Positions 9,495-17,849 of a stretch of 64,000 bases of DNA are shown piece after piece. The translations under genes were made by a program, and so were the position numbers. The notes under the pieces are model-generated. The model was given only the letters and a program-made list of their open reading frames with translations, made no database searches and was not told the origin of the DNA. How positions within the stretch are numbered: the first letter of the stretch is position 1; each line of letters opens with the position of its first letter. This DNA comes from Desulfomicrobium sp. (GTDB lineage Bacteria > Desulfobacterota > Desulfovibrionia > Desulfovibrionales > Desulfomicrobiaceae): NCBI GenBank assembly GCA_040768745.1, contig JAXGMI010000001.1:1664001-1728000 (forward strand), read 5' to 3'.

Positions 9495-9541
9495 TGTGCT
9501 ATTTTTTGCACATATTTCCGGATTGTGCAAGAGCGTGCGTC
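9495..9541. promoter_or_regulatory. Two putative enhancer-binding-protein sites (UAS)
   Basis: TGTGCTATTTTTTGCACA (9495-9512) and TGTGCAAGAGCGTGCGTC (9524-9541), NtrC-family-like dyads upstream of the sigma54 promoter. Confidence 0.6.
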
Positions 9542-9625
9542 CACCCAGCCTTGCCTTTCCGGGGGAAAGTTTATAATCTTAAAAAATTATGTTCGGCGTC
9601 TGCAAGCAGGCGCGAGGAGGCTCAG

Positions 9626-9793
9626 ATGTGCAAGGGATGCGGATGTCTGCGAGGCAAGACCACGGTCAAGGAAGTTCATCACGACCACGAACACAGCCAT
9701 GGGGATCTGACCCACAGTCACCCCCACGATCACGACCATGACCACACGCATGATGAAAACAGGCCTGTAGCGCACGAAGACCACAAGCATTGA
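9626..9793 (+). CDS. 55-aa Cys/His-rich metal-binding micro-protein (MCKGCGC, 15 His)
   Basis: Strong GAGGAGG RBS; MCKGCGCLRG...HHDHEHSHGDLTHSHPHDHDHDHTH...HEDHKH. Confidence 0.8.
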   Translation: MCKGCGCLRGKTTVKEVHHDHEHSHGDLTHSHPHDHDHDHTHDENRPVAHEDHKH

Positions 9794-9844
9794 TTTGGTG
9801 GGGGGCTGCCCTCAAGGGCAGCCCGAGCTGTGGAGGACCGTCCC

Positions 9845-10249
9845 ATGACCAAGACGGGAATGATTGTGCTTGGGCACGGCAGCAGGCGCAGAGAAGTGGC
9901 GTCATCTTTCGAGGCCCTGGTCGGACGGGTGGCGGCCAGGGTGTCCGGAGCGCCGGTGCTTCCGGCTTTTTTCTCCTTAGGAGAACCGACCTTGGCCGAT
10001 CAGGTCCGAAAACTGACAGCTCAAGGGTGCAGTCGAATCGTCATCATGCAGTATTTTCTCTATAACGGGGTGCATATCGAGCACGATATCCCCAAAATGA
10101 TAGAGGGCCTCAAAGAAGAATTTCCCGGTGTTGCATTCGTGATTCAGCCAACGCTGGAAAACGACCCGGCCATGGAACAGCTGCTGGTGGAGAGACTGCT
10201 GACGGCCATGGACATGCAGGAGGAGAGCAGCCCTCCAGTGAAGACATAG
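9845..10249 (+). CDS. cbiX: Short-form sirohydrochlorin chelatase (CbiX/SirB family)
   Basis: LGHGSR and YNGVHIEHDIP catalytic His motifs, EPTL; 134-aa single domain; GGAGG RBS. Confidence 0.88.
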   Translation: MTKTGMIVLGHGSRRREVASSFEALVGRVAARVSGAPVLPAFFSLGEPTLADQVRKLTAQGCSRIVIMQYFLYNGVHIEHDIPKMIEGLKEEFPGVAFVIQPTLENDPAMEQLLVERLLTAMDMQEESSPPVKT

Positions 10250-10390
10250 CCAGCGCAGAAGGCTAAAGCCAGCGCAGAAGGCTAAAGCCAGCGCAGAAGG
10301 CTAAAGCCAGCGCAGAAGGCTAAAGCCAGCGCAGAAGGCTAAAGCCAGCGCAGAAGGCTAAAGCCAGCGCAGAAGGCTAAAGCCAGCGCA
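10248..10390. repeat. Perfect 19-bp tandem repeat, 7 full copies plus a 10-nt partial
   Basis: Unit AGCCAGCGCAGAAGGCTAA at 10248, 10267, 10286, 10305, 10324, 10343, 10362 and partial at 10381; no spacers. Confidence 0.98.
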
Positions 10391-10394
10391 TACG

Positions 10395-10583
10395 TTATTT
10401 TTCGAGCACGGCGGCCTTGACCGCCTCAATCCCCACCCTGGCCACAAACTTGGCCGTACGCTCCTTTTTCTTGGCATTTTCTTTGTAGAAGGCCAGCAAC
10501 TTTCTAACCAATCCCAGGGTCTCATCCCTGTTCAGATTCGTGGCCAGGAGGTCGGCCACCCTGGCCTGGGCCCCTGCATTCAT
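10395..10583 (-). pseudogene. C-terminal fragment of a nitrite/sulfite reductase-family protein (remnant or mini-protein)
   Basis: NAGAQARVADLLATNL...LLAFYKENAKKKERTAKFVARVGIEAVKAAVL resembles the NIR_SIR C-terminus; Cys ligands and N-terminal domains are absent. Confidence 0.55.
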
Positions 10584-10719
10584 ATCCTCTGCATTTGTGG
10601 TTTGAACATTGACGCAGACCGTCTCATGCATTGAGACTGCCCTCGGGGGGTGCGCTGTGACATTGGCGGCCTCATCGCATGGCACAGGGCCTGACACAGT
10701 CTTTCCCGTCTGGCCCAGC

Positions 10720-10762
10720 ACAAGAACGGCAAATGCCTCGTGAGTGCATATGCCGTTCTTGT
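10720..10762 (-). terminator. Long inverted repeat downstream of putA
   Basis: ACAAGAACGGCA...TGCCGTTCTTGT 12-bp arms with further internal pairing. Confidence 0.55.
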
Positions 10763-10784
10763 TGCGCTTGATGCATGGGGCCTG

Positions 10785-13700
10785 TCAGATGATCCAGTCG
10801 TCGTCAGCCTCGATGGGGGCGAATCCTCGACGCATGGTGTTCTCGCAGACAACGCGGGGATCCATGAACTGCAGCAGATAGTCGGGACCACCCGCCTTAG
10901 AGCCTATGCCGGACATGTTGAAGCCACCGAAGGGGTGACGCTCCACCAGGGCACCGGTGGAACCGCGGTTCAGATACAGGTTTCCGACATTGAATTCGGC
11001 GCGAGCCTTTTCCAGATTCCGGGGGCTGCGCGAGAACACTGAGCCGGTCAAGGCATAGCGGGTGGAATTGGCCCATTCCAGGGCCTGTTCAAAGTTTTTG
11101 GCCTTCATGACCGAGAGGATCGGTCCAAAGACTTCCTCCTGGGCGATGCGGTGCTCCGGGGTGATGCCCTCGACAATGGTCAGAGGGACGTAATACCCTC
11201 CCTCCGGGGCAGGAGTGCACACCAGGACGTTGCCTTCGCTCTTGCCAATTTCGATATACTTGAGGACGTTGGCCTTCGCCTTGTCGTCCACCACCGGTCC
11301 CATGAAAAAGGCCGGATCCTCGGCAGGGCCGATGGCCAGGGACTTGGCCCCTTCCAGCAGGCGCTCAGTGAATTTGGCGTAAATGGGCTCGACCACAATG
11401 ACCCTCGAGCATGCCGAACACTTCTGGCCCTGGAAGGCGAAGGCCGAATGCAGCACTTCCCTGATGGCCTCGTCCAGATCCGCATCGTCGTCAATGATGA
11501 TGGCATTCTTGCCGCCCAGTTCGGCGATGACCCTCTTGATCTGCTGTTGTCCAGGATGAACCACGGAAGCCCTGTTGATGATCCGGTGTCCGACTTCCAT
11601 GGAGCCGGTGAAGGCGATGAGCGCGATGTCCGGATGCTCCACCAGATAGTCGCCCATGACCGACCCGCGGCCGGGTACGTAATTGAACACGCCGGCGGGC
11701 AGCCCGGCCCTGCGGAAGATTTCGGACAGGGTGAACCCGACAACCGAGGACGGGCCGGCCGGTTTGTAGATGACCGGATTGCCTGTGACGATGGCCGCGG
11801 CACTCATGCCGCAGCTGATGGCCAGGGGAAAGTTCCAGGGGGCGATGACTGCGGCGATGCCCTTGGGCTGATAGATGAGCTGGTTCATTTCTCCAGGAGC
11901 CCGGCCCATGCGCTTGGGTTTGCCATAGCGCATCATCTCCCGGGCATAGTACTCCAGGAAGTCGATGGCCTCGGCCACGTCGGCCTGGGCCTGGTCAAGC
12001 TGCTTGCCCACCTCAAGGATCTGCCAGGCGGACAACGTGTAGATTTCCTTGCGGGCGATGGCTGCGGCCTTGAGCAGATATTCGGCCCTCTCTTCCGGGG
12101 ACAGGGCCTTCCATGCCGGTGCCGCCTTTTTGGCGGCCTCGATGGCCAGGTCGATCTCTTTCGTGGATGCTTGGCAAATGGTGCCGATGAGCTCGCTTGG
12201 ATTGGCTGGGTTGACGGAAGGCAAGGTGTCGGTTGTGCGCACTTCTTTGCCCCCGATGACAAGCGGGTATTCCTTGCCAAGCTGGGCACGCACTTCGGCA
12301 ATGGCGTCTGTGAAGGCCTGCCGCACGCTCGGCTTCGAGAAATCGGCGAAAGGCTCGTTTTCAAACTGGGGCAATCCCTTGGTTTCCTGGCGGGATCGTG
12401 GCTGGCGCTGGATCTTTTCGCGCTCCACGGTCAGGACCGGGTTTTCCAGCAGACGTTCTATCTCGGCTTCTTCGGCGAAGGACTGGCGCAGGAAGGACTC
12501 GTTGGCAGTGTTTTCCAGCAATCTGCGGACAAGGTAGGCCATGCCTGGCAGCAGATCGCCGTAGGGTGCATAGAGGCGCACCCGTCTGGCCACGTTCAGC
12601 AGGCCTTTGCGCACGGGCTCGGCCATGCCGTAAAGAACCTGGAACTCATAGCGATCCTCGGGCACATTCAAGGCCTTGGCCGTTTCCATGACTGCGGCAA
12701 TGGTGCGGATGTTATGGGATGCGCACCCGAAATGACAAATGTCGTGGTTTTCCAGGATCAGTCGGGCCTGCCGTTCGTACGCGGCGTCTGTTTCGGCCTT
12801 GATGGTCCAGACTGGAATGTCCCAGCCGTTCTGCTTGGCGATGACGGTTTCGTAGTCCCAGTAAGCCCCCTTGACCAGGCGAATGGAGACGGGCAACCCT
12901 TTGGCTCTGGACCATGCCAGAAGGTCTGCCAGATCCTGATCCGTATCCTTCAGATACGCCTGCAGCACGATGCCCAGGTGGGGATAATCCCTGAATTCAT
13001 CGCTTTCCCGCAGCCGGCGGAACACTTCCAGGGTGATCTCCTTGAACTTGTACTGCTCCATGTCGATACGCATGAACCCGTTCATTTCCTTGACCTTGCG
13101 CAGGATCGTTTCCAGTCGGTTCTGGATGCCCCGGACTGAACCTTCGAAATCCTTTGGTGAGGCCTGGGAAAAAAGGGCGGTGGGTTTGACGGAGATGTTG
13201 ACCCGAGGGGAGTGCCCCCAGTCCAGGTCCCTGCCTCCCAAAGCCGGCCACTTGGCGAATTCCGTGCTCAGCGCCCCAAGAAGCTCCATATATTCAGTAA
13301 GATAGGCGTCGGATTCAATTTCGCTGACCGTTGCTTCACCCAGGATATCCACGGTGAAGGCGAATCCATCCTTGCGGATCTTTTTGAGATTCTTGATGGC
13401 ATCGCCAGTGTTCTCCCCGATGATGAACTGTTTGGCCATGCCTTCGATGTTCGAGCGGATGGTCTTGGCCATGATGCCGGCAGCCAACTTGCCACCTAGA
13501 CCAGAGCCCATGGCTCCCGCGCCCCATTTGAGGACCTTGGGCACGTCCTGGTCATCCCCGGCAAAATATTCGTCTATATGGCGGGACAGCGATTCGGAAC
13601 TGTTCAGGTACGGGAGCACGTCCACGAAGCGGAAGAGCTGAATCTTGAAATTTTCGTTCTGCATGGACCAGTCCATGACTTTGCCGGTCCACCACCCCTT

Positions 13701-13790
13701 GTTGAAGATGGAAGGGGCCTCTCCGGAAATGCTGGCGAAGAACTCCTTGCCGCGGTCAGTGATTTTGTTGTCCAAATCCGAAAAGTTCAT
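10785..13790 (-). CDS. putA: Bifunctional proline dehydrogenase / P5C dehydrogenase
   Basis: LFRFVDVLP, RLVKGAYWD, YLVRRLLEN; ALDH motifs PWNFP, FTGS, ELGGKN, GQKCSACS, EEVFGP. Confidence 0.96.
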   Translation of the reverse strand: MNFSDLDNKITDRGKEFFASISGEAPSIFNKGWWTGKVMDWSMQNENFKIQLFRFVDVLPYLNSSESLSRHIDEYFAGDDQDVPKVLKWGAGAMGSGLGGKLAAGIMAKTIRSNIEGMAKQFIIGENTGDAIKNLKKIRKDGFAFTVDILGEATVSEIESDAYLTEYMELLGALSTEFAKWPALGGRDLDWGHSPRVNISVKPTALFSQASPKDFEGSVRGIQNRLETILRKVKEMNGFMRIDMEQYKFKEITLEVFRRLRESDEFRDYPHLGIVLQAYLKDTDQDLADLLAWSRAKGLPVSIRLVKGAYWDYETVIAKQNGWDIPVWTIKAETDAAYERQARLILENHDICHFGCASHNIRTIAAVMETAKALNVPEDRYEFQVLYGMAEPVRKGLLNVARRVRLYAPYGDLLPGMAYLVRRLLENTANESFLRQSFAEEAEIERLLENPVLTVEREKIQRQPRSRQETKGLPQFENEPFADFSKPSVRQAFTDAIAEVRAQLGKEYPLVIGGKEVRTTDTLPSVNPANPSELIGTICQASTKEIDLAIEAAKKAAPAWKALSPEERAEYLLKAAAIARKEIYTLSAWQILEVGKQLDQAQADVAEAIDFLEYYAREMMRYGKPKRMGRAPGEMNQLIYQPKGIAAVIAPWNFPLAISCGMSAAAIVTGNPVIYKPAGPSSVVGFTLSEIFRRAGLPAGVFNYVPGRGSVMGDYLVEHPDIALIAFTGSMEVGHRIINRASVVHPGQQQIKRVIAELGGKNAIIIDDDADLDEAIREVLHSAFAFQGQKCSACSRVIVVEPIYAKFTERLLEGAKSLAIGPAEDPAFFMGPVVDDKAKANVLKYIEIGKSEGNVLVCTPAPEGGYYVPLTIVEGITPEHRIAQEEVFGPILSVMKAKNFEQALEWANSTRYALTGSVFSRSPRNLEKARAEFNVGNLYLNRGSTGALVERHPFGGFNMSGIGSKAGGPDYLLQFMDPRVVCENTMRRGFAPIEADDDWII

Positions 13791-13809
13791 CTATCGCTCC
13801 TGAAAGGAT

Positions 13810-14295
13810 CTATTTGGGTGATTTTTTGGGTTGCCTGCATTTGACGAAATCCATGGACAGGGCCTGGGTTTCTTTCAGGGTGTCCAGGACCAGAGTGGTC
13901 CGGCTGTCCCGCACTCCTGGTATTTCACCGAATTTTTTCATCAAGATTGTCAGAGTATCTGTGCCGCTGACCCGGGCTTTGACCAGATAGTTGTATTCTC
14001 CGGCTGTCCAATGCACCTCCTGGACTTCCGGGAAGGCGGCAATCTGGCGGCCGATGTCAGAACTACCCACGGAATCAGAAGTCTTGATCTGGATGAAGGT
14101 GGAAAGGGAAATGCCCAAAGCCTTGGGATTCAGCCGGACCTCGAAGCCCTGGATGATGCCTTTCTGTTCCAGTTTCTTGACCCGTTCCAGGACTCCCGAA
14201 GGCGCCATGCCGATGAGTCGGGCCAGCTCAGCGTTTGAAATTTTTCCGTTTGATTGAAGAATATTCAAAATTTTGATGTCTGTTTTGTCTAACAT
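13810..14295 (-). CDS. Lrp/AsnC family regulator (PutR-like)
   Basis: LDKTDIKILNILQ HTH and RAM domain; directly upstream of putA; AAAGGTGA RBS. Confidence 0.9.
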   Translation of the reverse strand: MLDKTDIKILNILQSNGKISNAELARLIGMAPSGVLERVKKLEQKGIIQGFEVRLNPKALGISLSTFIQIKTSDSVGSSDIGRQIAAFPEVQEVHWTAGEYNYLVKARVSGTDTLTILMKKFGEIPGVRDSRTTLVLDTLKETQALSMDFVKCRQPKKSPK

Positions 14296-14318
14296 GTGTA
14301 TCACCTTTAATTTTTCAT

Positions 14319-14347
14319 AATATAATTCTAATAATTTTACACGTCAA
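14319..14347 (-). promoter_or_regulatory. Sigma70 promoter of the Lrp-putA operon
   Basis: Minus strand TTGACG-17 nt-TATATT in an AT-rich tract. Confidence 0.7.
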
Positions 14348-14553
14348 CGAAGATCGTATATAAAAGAGAATCCGGGATCTGCAAAGTTGTGTGACCCCAA
14401 GGGCGAAGGAAGTGGCGCGGTGATTTGCCTGGGCAGGGTTGTTTTGTGTTCTGCAGCAGAACAGAAACGTTTGCCGAGGCGGCGAAGGGCAGCCGGGGCA
14501 TTGTCAGGAAGAGGAGGTGCGGAGGTCGGGCAAGGGCGGCATGAACCGTCCGA

Positions 14554-15222
14554 TCAGCCGAGGACTGCTGTCTTGAAGGCCTGATGGCGGGTGGAATAGG
14601 GCGGATAACCAAAAAAGGCGGAGCCGGACACGAGCACGTCCGCACCAAGCTCGGAGAGTTCCCGGGCATTTTCCAGGGTCACTCCTCCATCGACCTGGAC
14701 AAGGGTGCTGAGGTTTCTGGCTTTGATCATCGCGGACACGTCTTTGATCTTGTCCTTGCAGAAGGGAATGAAGGATTGCCCTCCGAATCCAGGGTTGACG
14801 GTCATGATCAGAACCATGTCCAGCTGGGGCAAAACATAGTCAACAACGGCCAGGGGCGTGGCGGGGTTGAGAGACAGGCCGACGCGCATGCCCGCCTCAC
14901 GGATGGCGCTCAACGAGCGTTCGAGATGTATGGTGCTTTCAGCGTGGATGCACAGCAGATCTGCTCCGGCTCCGGCGAAGTCGTTGATGTACCGTTCCGG
15001 CCGTTCAATCATCAGGTGAACGTCGAAAAAGAGGCTGGAGGTCCTGCGCAGGGCTTTGATCACCGGAGGGCCGAAGGTGATATTGGGCACGAAGGCTCCG
15101 TCCATGACATCCCAGTGCACCCACTGCAGACCCGCCTTTTCCAGTGCCTCCAACTCAGCCTGCAGGTTGCCGAAATCCGAGGACAGAAGGGACGGAGACA
15201 GGATGAATTCCCTGGCCATCAT
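14554..15222 (-). CDS. rpe: Ribulose-phosphate 3-epimerase
   Basis: SPSLLSSDF, HWDVMDG.FVPNITFG, DVHLM, MTVNPGFGGQ, VDGG. Confidence 0.96.
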   Translation of the reverse strand: MMAREFILSPSLLSSDFGNLQAELEALEKAGLQWVHWDVMDGAFVPNITFGPPVIKALRRTSSLFFDVHLMIERPERYINDFAGAGADLLCIHAESTIHLERSLSAIREAGMRVGLSLNPATPLAVVDYVLPQLDMVLIMTVNPGFGGQSFIPFCKDKIKDVSAMIKARNLSTLVQVDGGVTLENARELSELGADVLVSGSAFFGYPPYSTRHQAFKTAVLG

Positions 15223-15671
15223 TCCTCTCCCATTTTGAAATCGACCTGGATTTTGAACATCTTGGTCGCCGGCAGGTTCAAGATGGGCACCCCGGTCTTG
15301 CTGGTCACTTCAGCCAGAGTCGCCTGCACCTCTTCCCAGGATGGGGCTATGAAGGTGAACCATACGTTCTGACGATGAGCCCGCAGGTAGTTATGGGTCA
15401 CGCCCGGAAGACGGTTCACTTCAGCGATGAACGTGTCCAGCTTTTCGTCCGGCACGGCGGCCGAGCAGAGGGTTGAACGCCAGCCGAGCTTTCCGGACTG
15501 GAAATTGGCTCCGATGCGGCGGATGACCCCTTTTTCCGTCAAGGTCCGCACCCGGGCCAGGGTTTCAGCCTCGGTCAGTCCGACTTGGCGGCCTATTTCT
15601 GAGTAGGGGCGCTTCTCCAGGGGAAAAGCGGTCTGGATGATGTCCAGTATTTTTTTGTCGAAGTTGTCCAT
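15219..15671 (-). CDS. ahbA: Siroheme decarboxylase subunit alpha (NirD/L-like)
   Basis: IQTAFPLEKRPY, IRRIGANF, GVTHNYLR, NVWFT; in the ahb cluster. Confidence 0.9.
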   Translation of the reverse strand: MDNFDKKILDIIQTAFPLEKRPYSEIGRQVGLTEAETLARVRTLTEKGVIRRIGANFQSGKLGWRSTLCSAAVPDEKLDTFIAEVNRLPGVTHNYLRAHRQNVWFTFIAPSWEEVQATLAEVTSKTGVPILNLPATKMFKIQVDFKMGEE

Positions 15672-15683
15672 CGGCGCCCCGGA

Positions 15684-16862
15684 TCAGGGTTTTTGCTGGC
15701 CTGCGAGTTTGGGGGTGTAGGAGCAGAGGGGTTCCTCGCCCATGTAATTGTGGTCCATGGAATGGGCCCTGGCCCGGCATCCGCCGCAAACCTTATGATA
15801 TTCGCAGATCCCGCATTTGCCTTCGTACTCGTCCTGATTGCGGAACTGCTTGAACTGTTTGGAGCTTTTCCAGATTTCGGGGAAGCGGGTTGTGCGCACG
15901 TTGCCGCAGTCCAGCTCCAGGTAACCGCATGGCTGCACCTGGCCCACGTGGGAAATAAAGCAAAATCCCGTACCGCCCAGACAGCCCCTGGTCATGGCGT
16001 CCAGCCCGAAGTTTTCCACCGTCACGGGCACGCCCTCTGCCTTGGCCCGCTGGCGCATGATGCGGTAATAGTGCGGGGCACAAGTGGCCTTCAGGTGCAT
16101 CTTCGTGGTCTTGCGGAAGTCGTAGAACCAGTTCAGCACGTCCTCGTACTCCTGGGCCGTGATGACTTCAGCTCCCAGCTGGGCAGCCCGGCCGGTGGGC
16201 ACCAGAAGGAAGATGTGCCAGGCTGCGGCTCCAAGACTTTGGCACAGGTCGAAAATCTGCTTGAAGCTGCCGAGATTCGCCCTGGTTACCGTGGTGTTGA
16301 TCTGGAATTCGATGCCTGCCGCCTTCAAATACCCGATGCCGCGCATGGACGCGTCAAAAGCGCCCTGCACACCCCGGAATTCGTCGTGACTGGCTGCGTC
16401 AGGGCCATCGATGGAGATGGAGCAGCGCTGCACCCCCGCCTCGCGCATCATGGCGCCCGTTTCCGGGGTGATGAGGGTCCCGTTGGGAGACATGACGCAG
16501 CGCAACCCCTTGTCCGTGGCGTAGCGGATCAGTTCGTATACGTCGGGACGCATCATGGGGTCACCGCCAGTGAAGATGATGATGGGGTTGCCCACTTCGG
16601 GGAAGGTGTCGATGAGTGCTTTGGCCTCGACCGTGTCCAGTTCGCCCTCATAGGGCTCGAGGCGGGCTTCGGCCCGGCAGTGCTTGCAGGCCAAGTTGCA
16701 GGATCGGGTCACTTCCCAGGCGATGAGCTTGCATGCCGGAGAGCCGTCGGCCAGGGTTCTGATCATGCCACCGGGATGGCCGCCGGGCTTGGTTCCCGGG
16801 TGAGCTGTTGGATGGGCGCCCAGATTGCCGAGGCCTTTGCCGTGTTGGGTATGGCTGTGCAT
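15684..16862 (-). CDS. ahbD: Heme b synthase (radical SAM/SPASM)
   Basis: AWEVTRSCNLACKHCRA, KATCAPHYYR, GCLGG and SPASM cysteines. Confidence 0.9.
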   Translation of the reverse strand: MHSHTQHGKGLGNLGAHPTAHPGTKPGGHPGGMIRTLADGSPACKLIAWEVTRSCNLACKHCRAEARLEPYEGELDTVEAKALIDTFPEVGNPIIIFTGGDPMMRPDVYELIRYATDKGLRCVMSPNGTLITPETGAMMREAGVQRCSISIDGPDAASHDEFRGVQGAFDASMRGIGYLKAAGIEFQINTTVTRANLGSFKQIFDLCQSLGAAAWHIFLLVPTGRAAQLGAEVITAQEYEDVLNWFYDFRKTTKMHLKATCAPHYYRIMRQRAKAEGVPVTVENFGLDAMTRGCLGGTGFCFISHVGQVQPCGYLELDCGNVRTTRFPEIWKSSKQFKQFRNQDEYEGKCGICEYHKVCGGCRARAHSMDHNYMGEEPLCSYTPKLAGQQKP

Positions 16863-17839
16863 CAGAGATGTCCCGCCTTGAGCAGATCATTGGTGAAGTA
16901 CGAGAGGATCAGGTCGGCCCCGGCTCGTTTAAGGGCCAGGAGGCTTTCCATGGCCACGGCCGTCTCGTCGATCCATCCGTTCATGGCCGCGGCTTTGATC
17001 TGGCTGTATTCCCCACTGACCTGGTACGCGGCGACAGGCAGGTCGAATCTGTCCCGGACCTGCCGAATGATGTCAAGATATGGCAATCCCGGCTTGACCA
17101 TGAGGATGTCCGCTCCTTCGGCCACATCGGCGGCTGCCTCGCGCAGCCCCTCCCGGCCGTTGCCCGGGTCCATCTGGTAGGTCTTGCGGTCCCCGAATTT
17201 GGGGGCGCTTTCTGCGGCGTCCCGGAACGGCCCGTAGAAGGCAGAAGCATACTTGACCGCGTAGGACATGATCGGCGTGTTGAGAAATCCCGCCCCATCC
17301 AGGGCCTGGCGTATGGCCGCCACGCGACCGTCCATCATGTCTGAAGGGGCGATGATATCCGCTCCGGCTTGGGCCTGGGCCACGGCGGTGCGGGCCAGAA
17401 GTTCCAGGGTCGGGTCGTTCTGCACCTCGCCCACTGGGGAGACCAGGCCACAATGCCCGTGGGAGGTGTACTCGCAAAGACATGTGTCAGCCACGACGAT
17501 GAGTTCGGGCCATCTGCCCTTGATCTGACGGATGGCCCGCTGCACGATACCCGCATCAGCGTAGGCCTGGGAACCGGCAGGGTCTTTTTGGACCGGGATG
17601 CCGAAAAGGATGAGACTTTGAAGCCCCGCATGCACCGCTTCGCCGACTTCGGCCATGAGCTGGGACAGGCCCAGCTGGAACTGGCCAGGCATGGAGGCGA
17701 TGGGTTTTCTGAAATCAGGGTCCGACTCCACCACGAAATAGGGCTGGATCAGATCTTCCCTGCCCAACCGGGTCTCGCGGACCATATCCCGCAACGCCTT
17801 GGATGAACGCAGCCGGCGGCCGCGATAGAACGAACGCAT
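16862..17839 (-). CDS. hemB: Porphobilinogen synthase
   Basis: [12 protein letters not shown]n site, [34 protein letters not shown]. Confidence 0.97.
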   Translation of the reverse strand: MRSFYRGRRLRSSKALRDMVRETRLGREDLIQPYFVVESDPDFRKPIASMPGQFQLGLSQLMAEVGEAVHAGLQSLILFGIPVQKDPAGSQAYADAGIVQRAIRQIKGRWPELIVVADTCLCEYTSHGHCGLVSPVGEVQNDPTLELLARTAVAQAQAGADIIAPSDMMDGRVAAIRQALDGAGFLNTPIMSYAVKYASAFYGPFRDAAESAPKFGDRKTYQMDPGNGREGLREAAADVAEGADILMVKPGLPYLDIIRQVRDRFDLPVAAYQVSGEYSQIKAAAMNGWIDETAVAMESLLALKRAGADLILSYFTNDLLKAGHL

Positions 17840-17849
17840 GACGCCCTCC

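Noticed and set aside
9494..9625. 99-aa version of the His-rich ORF from the ORF track
   Set aside because: The extension runs through the UAS and promoter region; the strong RBS and the N-terminal MCxxCGC motif place the start at 9626
9541..9625. Cobalamin riboswitch upstream of the cbiX unit
   Set aside because: Leader is too short and no B12-box elements are visible; only a TATAAT and a small CTTTCC/GGAAAG dyad
10248..10390. CRISPR array
   Set aside because: Units are contiguous with no unique spacers, 19 bp is too short, and no cas genes are present
11151..13139. Long antisense ORFs (also 1128-2912, 24595-26217, 33447-35015, 50411-51781, 59927-61747)
   Set aside because: Shadow frames opposite well-supported genes, expected from high third-position GC; no recognisable motifs
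14337..14669. 110-aa ORF between rpe and the Lrp regulator
   Set aside because: Overlaps the rpe 3' end and the Lrp promoter; Pro-rich with no motif or RBS
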